A program made the position numbers and the translations under genes. Shown piece after piece: positions 12,401 to 24,274 of a stretch of DNA of 64,000 nucleotides. This DNA is from Mayamaea pseudoterrestris (lineage: Eukaryota). The notes below the pieces were generated by a model, which was not told the origin of the DNA, searched no databases, and worked only from the letters and a program-made list of their open reading frames with translations. Where the stretch lies: contig BROI01000011.1 of NCBI GenBank assembly GCA_027923505.1, positions 620,001 to 684,000 on the forward strand. The letters run 5' to 3'. Numbering within the stretch: position 1 is the first letter of the stretch; each line of letters begins with the position of its first letter.

Positions 12401-15400
12401 CTTGTCACCAGTCTCAGCTCGCAGATGCTGGGACATTCAAACGCACCTACAGCAAGCCCTGTAGGTGCCCAAGTTACTCCAGAATGGTGGCAACATCATC
12501 ATTCAGGCTGCACTACAAGATGGTAGGCTTGGCTGGTGTCTCAGGTTATGGCAATGTATTTGGTGACAACTTGTCGCCAGTCTCAGCTCGCAGAAGCCGG
12601 GACATTCAAACGCACCTACAGCATGGTGGCAACATCATCATTCAGGCTGCACTACAAGATGGTAGGCTTGGCTGGTGTCTCAGGTTATGGCAATGTATTT
12701 GGTGACAACTTGTCACCAGTCTCAGCTCGCAGCAAGCCCTGTAGGTGCCCAAATTACACCAGAATGGTGCCAACATCATTATTCAGGCTGCGCTACAAGA
12801 TGGTAGGCTTGGCTGGTGTCTCAGGGAATGGCAATGTATTTGGTGACAACTTGTCACCAGTCTCAGCCCGCAGATGCCGTGACATTCAAACGCCCCTACA
12901 ACAAGCCCTGTAGGTGCCCAAATTACACCAGAATGGTGCCAACATCATTATTCAGGCTGCGCTACAAGATGGTAGGCTTGGTGGGTGTCTCAGGGATGGA
13001 GCCCGAGGTGCCCAAATACACCATGTCATTTCAGGCTGCGCTACAAGATAGCTGTTGTCTCAGGGAATGGCAATGTATTTGGTGACAACTTGTCACCAGT
13101 CTCAGCCCGCAGATGCCGTGACATTCAAACGCACCTACAGCAAGCCCTGTAGGTGCCCAAATTACACCAGAATGGTGCCAGCATCATTATTCAGGCTGCG
13201 CTACAAGATGGTAGGCTTGGTGGTTGTCTCAGGGAATGGCAATGTATTTGGTGACAACTTGTCACCAGTCTCAGCTCGCAGATGCTGGGACATTCAAACG
13301 CACCTACAGCAAGCCCTGTAGGTGCCCAAATTACACCAGAATGGTGCCAGCATCATTATTCAGGCTGCGCTACAAGATGGTAGGCTTGGTGGGTGTCTCA
13401 GGGCATGGCAATGTATTTGGTGACAACTTGTCACCAGTCTCAGCCCGCAGATGCCGTGACATTCAAACGCACCTACAGCAAGCCCTGTAGGTGCCCAAGT
13501 TACTCCAGAATAATGGCAACATCATCTTTCAGGCTGCACTACAAGATGGTAGGCTTGGCAGGTGTCTCAGGGATTGGCAATGTATTTGGTGACAACTTGT
13601 CACCAGTCTCTGCCCACAGATGCCGTGACATTCAAACGCACCTACAGCAAGCCCTGTAGGTGCCCAAATTACACCAGAATGGTGCCTTGCCAGCATCAAT
13701 ATTCAGGCTGTGCTACAAGATGGTAGGCTTGGTGGTTGTCTCAGGGAATGGCAATGTATTTGGTGACAACTTGTCACCAGTCTCAGCCCGCAGATGCCGT
13801 GACATTCAAATGCCCCTACAGCAAGCCCTGTAGGTGCCCAAATTACACCAGAATGGTGCCAACATCATTATTCAGGCTGCGCTACAAGATGGTAGGCTTG
13901 GCGGGTGTCTCAGGGCATGGCAATGTATTTGGTGACAACTTGTCACCAGTCTCAGCCCGCAGATGCCGTGACATTCAAACGCCCCTACAGCAAGCCCTGT
14001 AGGTGCCCAAAATACACCAGAATGGTGCCAACATCATTGTTCAGGATGCGCTACAGGATGATTAGCTTAACTGTTGTCTCAGGGAATGGCAATGTATTTG
14101 GTGACAACTTCTCACCAGTCTCAGCCTGCAGTTGCCGTGACATTCAAATGCACCTACAGCAAGCCCTGTAGGTGCCCAAATTACACCAGAATGGTGCCAG
14201 CATCATTATTCAGGCTGCGCTACAAGATGGTAGGCTTGGCTGGTGTCTCAGGGGATGGCAATGTATTTGGTGACAACTTGTCACCAGTCTCAGCCCGCAG
14301 ATGCCGTGACATTCAAACACACCTACAGCAAGCCCTGTAGGCGCCCAAAATACACCAGAATGGTGCCAACATCATTATTCAGGCTGCGCTACAAGATGGT
14401 AGGCTTGGCTGGTGTCTCAGGGGATGGCAATGTATTTGGTGACAACTTGTCACCAGTCTCAGCCCGCAGATGCCGTGACATTCAAACGCCCCTACAGCAA
14501 GCCCTGTAGGTGCCCAAATTACACCAGAATGGTGCCAACATCATTATTCAGGCTGCGCTACAAGATGGTAGGCTTGGCTGGTGTCTCAGGGCATGGCAAT
14601 GTATTTGGTGACAACTTGTCACCAGTCTCAGCCCGCAGATGCTGTGACATTCAAACGCCCCTACAGCAAGCCCTGTAGGTGCCCAAATTACACCAGAATG
14701 GTGCCAACATCATTATTCAGGCTGCGCTACAAGATGGTAGGCTTGGCTGGTGTCTCAGGGGATGGCAATGTATTTGGTGACAACTTGTCACCAGTCTCAG
14801 CCCGCAGATGCCGTGACATTCAAACGCCCCTACAGCAAGCCCTGTAGGTGCCCAAATTACACCAGAATGGTGCCAACATCATTATTCAGGCTGCGCTACA
14901 AGATGGTAGGCTTGGCTGGTGTCTCAGGGAATGGCAATGTATTTGGTGACAACTTGTCACCAGTCTCAGCCCGCAGATGCCGTGACATTCAAACGCCCCT
15001 ACAGCAAGCCCTGTAGGTGCCCAAATTACACCAGAATGGTGCCAACATCATTATTCAGGCTGCGCTACAAGATGGTAGGCTTGGCTGGTGTCTCAGGGAA
15101 TGGCAATGTATTTGGTGACAACTTGTCACCAGTCTCAGCCCGCAGATGCTGTGACATTCAAACGCCCCTACAGCAAGCCCTGTAGGTGCCCAAATTACAC
15201 CAGAATGGTGCCAACATCATTATTCAGGCTGCGCTACAAGATGGTAGGCTTGGCTGGTGTCTCAGGGGATGGCAATGTATTTGGTGACAACTTGTCACCA
15301 GTCTCAGCCCGCAGATGCCGTGACATTCAAACGCACCTACAGCAAGCCCTGTAGGTGCCCAAATTACACCAGAATGGTGCCAACATCATTATTCAGGCTG

Positions 15401-18400
15401 CGCTACAAGATGGTAGGCTTGGCTGGTGTCTCAGGGGATGGCAATGTATTTGGTGACAACTTGTCACCAGTCTCAGCCCGCAGATGCCGTGACATTCAAA
15501 CGCCCCTACAGCAAGCCCTGTAGGTGCCCAAAATACACCAGAATGGTGCCAACATCATTATTCAGGCTGCGCTACAAGATGGTAGGCTTGGCTGGTGTCT
15601 CAGGGAATGGCAATGTATTTGGTGACAACTTGTCACCAGTCTCAGCTGGCAGATGCCGTGACATTCAAACGCCCCTACAGCAAGCCCTGTATGTGCCCAA
15701 ATTACACCAGAATGGTGCCAACATCATTATTCAGGCTGCGCTACAAGATGGTAGGCTTGGCTGGTGTCTCAGGGGATGGCAATGTATTTGGTGACAACTT
15801 GTCACCAGTCTCAGCCCGCAGATGCCGTGACATTCAAACGCCCTACAGCAAGCCCTGTAGGTGCCCAAAATACACCAGAATGGTGCCAACATCATTATTC
15901 AGGCTGCGCTACAAGATGGTAGGCTTGGCTGGTGTCTCAGGGCATGGCAATGTATTTGGTGACAACTTGTCACCAGTCTCAGCCCGCAGATGCCGTGACA
16001 TTCAAACGCCCCTACAGCAAGCCCTGTAGGTGCCCAAAATACACCAGAATGGTGCCAACATCATTATTCAGGCTGCGCTACAAGATGGTAGGCTTGGCTG
16101 GTGTCTCAGGGGATGGCAATGTATTTGGTGACAACTTGTCACCAGTCTCAGCCCGCAGATGCCGTGACATTCAAACGCCCCTACAGCAAGCCCTGTAGGT
16201 GCCCAATTACACCAGAATGGTGCCAACATCATTATTCAGGCTGCGCTACAAGATGGTAGGCTTGGCTGGTGTCTCAGGGGATGGCAATGTATTTGGTGAC
16301 AACTTGTCACCAGTCTCAGCCCGCAGATGCCGTGACATTCAAACGCCACTACAGCAAGCCCTGTAGGTGCCCAAAATTCACCAGAATGGTGCCAACATCA
16401 TTATTCAGGCTGCGCTACAAGATGGTAGGCTTGGCTGGTGTCTCAGGGGATGGCAATGTATTTGGTGACAACTTGTCACCAGTCTCAGCCCGCAGATGCC
16501 GTGACATTCAAACGCCCCTACAGCAAGCCCTGTAGGTGCCCAAAATACACCAGAATGGTGCCAACATCATTATTCAGGCTGCGCTACAAGATGGTAGGCT
16601 TGGCTGGTGTCTCAGGGGATGGCAATGTATTTGGTGACAACTTGTCACCAGTCTCAGCCCGCAGATGCCGTGACATTCAAACGCCCCTACAGCAAGCCCT
16701 GTAGGTGCCCAAATTACACCAGAATGGTGCCAACATCATTATTCAGGCTGCGCTACAAGATGGTAGGCTTGGCTGGTGTCTCAGGGGATGGCAATGTATT
16801 TGGTGACAACTTGTCACCAGTCTCAGCCCGCAGATGCCGTGACATTCAAACGCCCCTACAGCAAGCCCTGTAGGTGCCCAAATTACACCAGAATGGTGCC
16901 AACATCATTATTCAGGCTGCGCTACAAGATGGTAGGCTTGGCTGGTGTCTCAGGGGATGGCAATGTATTTGGTGACAACTTGTCACCAGTCTCAGCCCGC
17001 AGATGCCGTGACATTCAAACGCCCCTACAGCAAGCCCTGTAGGTGCCCAAATTACACCAGAATGGTGCCAACATCATTATTCAGGCTGCGCTACAAGATG
17101 GTAGGCTTGGCTGGTGTCTCAGGGGATGGCAATGTATTTGGTGACAACTTGTCACCAGTCTCAGCCCGCAGATGCCGTGACATTCAAACGCCCCTACAGC
17201 AAGCCCTGTAGGTGCCCAAATTACACCAGAATGGTGCCAACATCATTATTCAGGCGGCGCTACAAGATGGTAGGCTTGGCTGGTGTCTCAGGGGATGGCA
17301 ATGTATTTGGTGACAACTTGTCACCAGTCTCAGCCCGCAGATGCCGTGACATTCAAACGCCCCTACAGCAAGCCCTGTAGGTGCCCAAATTACACCAGAA
17401 TGGTGCCAACATCATTATTCAGGCTGCGCTACAAGATGGTAGGCTTGGCGGGTGTCTCAGGGGATGGCAATGTATTTGGTGACAACTTGTCACCAGTCTC
17501 AGCCCGCAGATGCCGTGACATTCAAACGCCCCTACAGCAAGCCCTGTGGGTGCCCAAATTACACCAGAATGGTGCCAACATCATTATTCAGGCTGCGCTA
17601 CAAGATGGTAGGCTTGGCTGGTGTTTCAGGGGGATGGCAATGTATTTGGTGACAACTTGTCACCAGTCTCAGCCCGCAGATGCTGTGACATTCAAACGCC
17701 CCTACAGCAAGCCCTGTAGGTGCCCAAATTACACCAGAATGGTGCCAACATCATTATTCAGGCTGCGCTACAAGATGGTAGGCTTGGCTGGTGTCTCAGG
17801 GCATGGCAATGTATTTGGTGACAACTTGTCACCAGTCTCAGCCCGCAGATGCCGTGACATTCAAACGCCCCTACAGCAAGCCCTGTAGGTGCCCAAATTA
17901 CACCAGAATGGTGCCAACATCATTATTCAGGCTGCGCTACAAGATGGTAGGCTTGGCTGGTGTCTCAGGGGATGGCAATGTATTTGGTGACAACTTGTCA
18001 CCAGTCTCAGCCCGCAGATGCCGTGACATTCAAACGCCCCTACAGCAAGCCCTGTAGGTGCCCAAAATACACCAGAATGGTGCCAACATCATTATTCAGG
18101 CTGCGCTACAAGATGGTAGGCTTGGCTGGTGTCTCAGGGGATGGCAATGTATTTGGTGACAACTTGTCACCAGTCTCAGCCCGCAGATGCCGTGACATTC
18201 AAACGCCCCTACAGCAAGCCTCCCAACCCAGATAGGTGCGCACAAGATGGTAGCTCGGTGTCTCAGGAATGGCAATGTATTTGGTGACAACTTGTCACCA
18301 GTCTCAGCCCGCAGATGCCGACATTCAAACCCCCACCAAGCTGCCACGCCTACAAGATGGTAGGCTGGGCTGGTGTTTAAGGGATGGCAATGTATTTGGT

Positions 18401-21198
18401 GACAACTTGTCACCAGTCTCAGCCCGCAGATGCCGTGACATTCAAACGCCCCTACAGCAAGCCCTGTAGGTGCCCAAATTACACCAGAATGGTGCCAACA
18501 TCATTATTCAGGCTGCGCTACAAGATGGTAGGCTTGGTGGGTGTCTCAGGGAATGGCAATGTATTTGGTGACAACTTGTCACCAGTCTCAGCCCGCAGAT
18601 GCCGTGACATTCAAACGCACCTACAGCAAGCCCTGTAGGTGCCCAAATTACACCAGAATGGTGCCAACATCATTATTCAGGCTGCGCTACAAGATGGTAG
18701 GCTTGGCGGGTGTCTCAGGGAATGGCAATGTATTTGGTGACAACTTGTCACCAGTCTCAGCCCGCAGATGCCGTGACATTCAAACGCACCTACAGCAAGC
18801 CCTGTAGGTGCCCAAATTACACCACAATGGCGCCAACATCATATTCAGGCTGCGCTACAAGATGGTAAGCTTAGCTGTTGTCTCAGGGAATGGCAATGTA
18901 TTTGGTGACAACTTATCACCAGTCTCGGCCCGCAGATGCCGTGACATTCAAACGCACCTACAGCAAGCCCTGTAGGTGCCCAAAATACACCAGAATGGTG
19001 CCAACATCATTTTTCAGGCTGCGCTACAAGATGGTAGGCTTGGCGGTGTCTCGCATGGCAGTGTATTTGGTGACAACTTGTCACCAGTCTCCCTGTGCGT
19101 GACATTCAAACGCCCCTACAGCAAGACCTGTAGGTGCCCATAATACACCAGAATGGTGCCAAAATCCGTATTCAGGCTGCGCTACAAGATGGTAGGCTTG
19201 GCGGGTGTCTCAGGTTATGGCAATGTATTTGGTGACAACTTGTCACCAGTCTCAGCCCGCAGATGCCGTGACATTCAAACGCCCCTACAGCAAGCCCTGT
19301 AGATGCCCAAATTACACCAGAATGGTGCCAGCATCATTATTCAGGCTGCGCTACAAGATGGTAGGCTTGATGGTAGTCTCAGGGGATGGCAATGTATTTG
19401 GTGACAACTTGTCACCAGTCTCAGCTCGCAGATGCCGTGACATTCAAACGCACCTACAGCAAGCCCTGTAGGTGCCCAAATTACACCAAAATGTTGCCAG
19501 CATCATTATTCAGGCTGCGCTACAAGATGGCAGGCTTGGTGGTTGTCTCATGGAATGGCAATGTATTTGGTGACAACTTGTCACCAGTCTCAGCCCGCAG
19601 ATGCCGGGACATTCAAACGCACCTACAGCAAGCCCTGTAGGTGCCCAAATTACACCAGAATGGCGCCAGCATCATTATTCAGGCTGCGCTACAAGATGGA
19701 ACTAAGCTTGGCTGTTCTCTTTGGTAATGGAAATGTATTTGGTGACAACTTGTCACCAGTCTCAGCCCGCAGATGCCGGGACATTCAAACGCACCTACAG
19801 CAAGCCCTGTGGGTGCCCAAATTACACCAGAATGGTGCCAGCATCATTATTCAGGCTGCGCTACAAGATGGTAGGCTTGGTGGGTGTCTCAGGGCATGGC
19901 AATGTATTTGGTGACAACTTGTCACAAGTCTCAGCCTGCAGATGCCGTGACATTCGAAGGCACCTACAGCATGCCCTGTAGCTGCCCAAATTACACCAGA
20001 ATGGTGCCAACATCATCATTCAGGCTGCGCTACAAGATGGTAGGCTTGGTGGGTGTCTCAGGGCATGGCAATGTATTTGGTGACAACTTGTCACCAGTCT
20101 CAGCCCGCAGATGCCGTGACATTCAAACGCACCTACAGCAAGCCCTGTGGGTGCCCAAATTACACCAGAATGGTGCCAGCATCATTATTCAGGCTGCGCT
20201 ACAAGATGGTAGGCTTGGCGGTTGTCTCAGGGAATGGCAATGTATTTGGTGACAACTTGTCACCAGTCTCGGCCCGCAGATGCCGTGACATTCAAACGCA
20301 CCTACAGCAAGCCCTGTAGGTGCCCAAATTACACCAGAATGGTGGCAACATCATCATTCAGGCTGCACTATAAGATGGTAGGCTTGGCTGGAATCTTAGG
20401 GGATGGCAATGTATTTGGTGACAACTTGTCAACAGTCTCAGCCTGCAGATGCCGTGACATTCAAAGGCACCTACAGCAAGCCCTGTAGGTGCCCAAATTA
20501 CACCAGAATGGTGCCAACATTATTATTCCGGCTGCACTAAAAGATGGTAGGCTTGGCGGTTGTCTCAGGGCATGGCAATGTATTTGGTGACAACTTGTCA
20601 CCAGTCTCGGCCCGCAGATGCCATGACATTCAAACGCACCTACAGCAAGCCCTGTGGGTGCCCAAATTACACCAGAATGGTGCCAGCATCAATATGAAGG
20701 CTGCGATACAAGATGGTAGGCTTGGCTGGTGTCTCAGGGGATGGCAATGTATTTGGTTACAACTTGTCACCAGTCTCAGCCCGCAGATGCCGTGATATTA
20801 AAACGCACCTACAGCAAGCCCTGTAGGTGCCCAAAGAATGGTGCCAGCATCATTATTCAGGATGCGCTACAAGATGGTAGGCTTGGTGGGTGTCTCAGGG
20901 CATGGCAATGTATTTGGTGACAACTTGTCACCAGTCTTTGCCTACAGATGCTGTGACATTCAAACGCACCTACAGCAAGCCCTGTAGGTGCCTAAGTTAC
21001 TCCAGAATGGTGGCAACATCATCATTCAGGCTGCACTACAAGATGGTAGGCTTGGCGGTTGTCTCAGGGAATGGCAATGTATTTGGTGACAACTTGTCAC
21101 CAGTCTCTGCCCGCAGAAGCCGTGACATTCAAACGCACCTACAGCAAGCCCTGTGGGTGCCCAAATTACACCAGAATGGTGCCAGCATCATTATTCAG
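9466..21198 (+). repeat. Tandem satellite array, 169-bp monomer, about 70 copies (~11.7 kb)
   Basis: Exact 169-bp periodicity (e.g. 14412, 14581, 14750, 14919). Near-invariant block ATGGCAATGTATTTGGTGACAACTTGTCACCAGTCTC. A few shortened units. Confidence 0.99.
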
Positions 21199-21367
21199 TT
21201 AATTAACACTAAGTGGCCATCTACCATCAAGCACCATACCTGGGGGCACTTTCGCTGCGATCATTCCATCCACTGTCGGCGTGTTGCGCTACGACATCTG
21301 AACGACATATCTGAATTTTCCATTCAGCTCCATGTGCATTGGCTCATTGGCTCGTGCAACCCATACT

Positions 21368-22453
21368 ATGACGAATGCAACTCCTGAAGTCGAAAAGTAC
21401 AAATCGGTTTATCTTCGCAACACTTCATTACAATTCACAGATAAGCGAGACTACCGCTTCATTGCCAGCAGTTTTAGACAAAGTCACGAGAACCGAGACT
21501 CATTGACCGTTGACAAGCAAAAGTCCAATATGATGCATGGTGCTTCCTGTCCGTTTCAATGCTTTGTTGAAAATGAAAGGGGGTTGAAATTTTTATTTAC
21601 ACCCGATTCTATCAATAAAAATTCGGCATTTTGGTTGGTGCCACCGACGAATGGTACTGTTTCCACCAGCATCAACAGTCCAAGTCAGGATGTGACACTC
21701 GTTATCGAATCGACGCTAGGCGCCTTTGTATTAGCAGGTTTTCTGCTAGAGAGTAACTCGAAAATGGTGCAAATTTATCTCCAGAAGAGCGAGGACGCTC
21801 CAAAGGAATATCTTACTACCTGCCGTGGCGTTGGAAAGCCCTGCAAAGCAACTTGTTCCATTCCAGGTGGTCCACGGCAGGTATGTCGGCTTTATCTTGA
21901 ACTCAAAAGTTTACAGCCAACCGATAGTGAGACTGCGATTGCACAAATAAGCTCTTTGAAATTAACAGCAAGAGTTACACATGTCAAGAAAGATGTCGCA
22001 GCATCGCCAGCCGGATTGATTGCTGGCTCGCTGCAAAGCCAACCTCCCATAGAATCTGCAGCTGCCTTGCCCAACACACTGTTTCAGAGCGATTCTTTGA
22101 ACCAAGAGAGTGTATCTTCGACCGTGGCTGTCATCTCTTCGATGATGCAAGCGACTGAAAAACGCATTGTTCACGCAGTCAGTCTGCAAGGATCGCAGCA
22201 AGAAGAGAAGCAGGAGCAGCGCTTAGAAGGGTTGACTCGTGCCTTAGCAGATCAACGACTCTGTATACAACAGCAGTCCCAGCTTCTTACAGTGCAAACG
22301 GCATTGCTTCATCAACAGGCGGAACAAATTGTGGAGCTCAAAAATGGACAAGCCTTTATACTACGCTCCATCAATCAGCAGCGCACAAACGCGGAACATG
22401 ACGCATTAGCAACAATGCCATCGGACAATTTGATTGCATTGGAGGATGGTTAA
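21368..22453 (+). CDS. Hypothetical protein, possible PAAT/C10orf88 (DUF4506)-like N-terminal domain plus Gln-rich coiled coil
   Basis: The segment LESNSKMVQIYL...EYLTTCRG recalls the PAAT motif (recalled, not searched). The C-terminal region is Q/E/L-rich. Confidence 0.6.
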   Translation: MTNATPEVEKYKSVYLRNTSLQFTDKRDYRFIASSFRQSHENRDSLTVDKQKSNMMHGASCPFQCFVENERGLKFLFTPDSINKNSAFWLVPPTNGTVSTSINSPSQDVTLVIESTLGAFVLAGFLLESNSKMVQIYLQKSEDAPKEYLTTCRGVGKPCKATCSIPGGPRQVCRLYLELKSLQPTDSETAIAQISSLKLTARVTHVKKDVAASPAGLIAGSLQSQPPIESAAALPNTLFQSDSLNQESVSSTVAVISSMMQATEKRIVHAVSLQGSQQEEKQEQRLEGLTRALADQRLCIQQQSQLLTVQTALLHQQAEQIVELKNGQAFILRSINQQRTNAEHDALATMPSDNLIALEDG

Positions 22454-22893
22454 AGACTTAAATAGTGCACTTTGGAAATGACTAAACCAACGACACAGTG
22501 TTAATGCCAGGCACATTCCGACTGACCAGTTTGCAGCTTTACACGGCATGTCTAATGTCTCCTGACCATTATAGTAAAGTGTAAACTGATCATATATCTA
22601 ACACTTGAATGGCGGGCATGGTGCCGCTACATCTTGGAGAAATTTGGAGCTCATAGCTAGACAGGATCATGCGCGTTGTACTTGTCGCAACGGTACAGTC
22701 ATTGCAGACTGGAATCTTGCCACCATCCGGCTGCGCGCTAGGGATTGATGTGGAACGCTCGACGTGATGGTGAGCAGCGACATCTTTGCACCAACACGCT
22801 CCTTCGGTGCTGTCGGTATTGTCAGTCACAGTAATCTCCTTCTAGAAGTACGAGAGTGCCTATCCACTTTCCATACAGCAAGCTGACTTGATC

Positions 22894-24238
22894 ATGTCTT
22901 TCCGTCAAAGTTTGTCTCGCGTCATACAGCAAAAAGTGCAGCTCCGAAGGCAGTCGACACAAACAAAGACAGCCTCTGGGCTCGCATCGGACTTTTTCTC
23001 ATCTCTTCGATGGAAAGCGGCTTCCGTTTTAACGGCTTCTTTATCGGAAGCAGAGAAGAATGAATTGTTTACGAAGTTGCAAATCAGTGCTCCTGTTGCA
23101 ATACGTGACGCGCAGAACGTGAAGAATGATGAATCAACCGAACGAGTGATGGAGCACAGCATTGCCGAAGCCGTCGCCAAGGCCCGAACAGAGGAAGCGC
23201 AGAAGCAACAAGACAAGTGGGAGAAGGAACGCGAACAACTGACGCTTCAGGCGCAACAAGCGGCGCAAGCTCGCATTGAACAGGAGGTTGCGATTCACAA
23301 GCAACGTACCAAGCGGTTCGATGAATGGACGCGAGAGCTGAGCGAGGCCAAGGGGGAGACTACCGGTACAAATGCAGTTACTCGTACTCAAGTCGAAGAA
23401 AGCAGTCATCATCCGGTGCTGGGACCTGTTATTTCGGATTTCGGCTACAAACGCATTCACTCTGTGCCGGCCAAGGCCCTTTCGGACATTGCCGTCTGGA
23501 AGAGACAGCGAACGTATCGCCATGATCGCGCCAAGAACATGGCAAAGGACAAGCAAAAGTCAATTCATTTGGGCTTTCCTGGGATTATTGTCTTGCATGA
23601 GGTGAGTAGAACGATAGAACGCTCGTATGCCTTGCCGATAAAGTATGTCACTTGCATCGTAAGGCCTCTCATATGACTTTCTGCTTCCGTAGGATCCGGA
23701 GGGCAATCTCAAGGTTGTCGACGGCCAGCATCGCGTTGGTATGATGTCACTTATGCAGGAGCAAGCCGACGCTTCGGGAGTGGACTTGGACAATATTTTG
23801 GTGGAAGTGTATCCCCAGCAACCGCACCATGACGAGAATCACGCCGAGCAGCTTTTCGTGGAAGTCAACAAGGCTGAACCTGTCAAGCTGATTGACATGC
23901 CTGGCGTTGCCAAGGTTTCCGAGCGCAACGCCATTTCGGCAGCCGCGGAGGGGCTCTTGAAACAGTTTCCAACCATGTTTAGTGCCAGTCAGAGGTGCCG
24001 GGCACCCAACTTGAACATTGATAATTTACGCGACGAATTATTTGCCGCCAAGATCATGTCGCGGCATGGCATAAAAAGTGGAGCTGCATTGGAAAAGTGG
24101 ATGCTTGAGCAAAATGACCTTTTGGCAACCAAGGCGGCGAATCAAGAATTGCAAGGATCATTTTCCCAGAGCCAATTGCAAAAGGCCAAGGCTAGTGGAT
24201 TTTATCTCGGTCTTGACAAGACATGGTACTACAACTGA
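22894..24238 (+). CDS. DGQHR / ParB-like domain protein with N-terminal coiled coil; 2 exons (intron 23602-23692)
   Basis: The GTGAGT...CCGTAG intron joins FPGIIVLHE to DPEGNLKVVDGQHRVGM. Downstream motifs are AEQLFVEVNKA, PNLNIDNLRD and FYLGL. The N-terminus is basic and Ser/Arg-rich, like a mitochondrial presequence. Confidence 0.82.
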
Positions 24239-24274
24239 ATGTAATTCGTGTAAACAGGAATGATTAGTACGAGT

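Noticed and set aside
9466..21198. CRISPR array (a conserved ~37-nt palindromic block recurring regularly)
   Set aside because: The intervening ~132 nt are near-identical rather than unique spacers, there are no cas genes, and the context is eukaryotic.
9466..21198. Hammerhead-ribozyme satellite/retrozyme, 5S rRNA, tRNA or snRNA array
   Set aside because: I found no CUGANGA plus GAAA core on either strand and no recognisable 5S, tRNA or snRNA sequence by eye. Other ribozyme classes were not excluded without an Infernal search.
9564..21387. Dozens of ~88-aa ORFs (MSQGMAMYLVTT...) as a tandem gene family
   Set aside because: They overlap each other and rotate frame because 169 is not a multiple of 3, and most start at GTG/TTG. 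They are by-products of the repeat.
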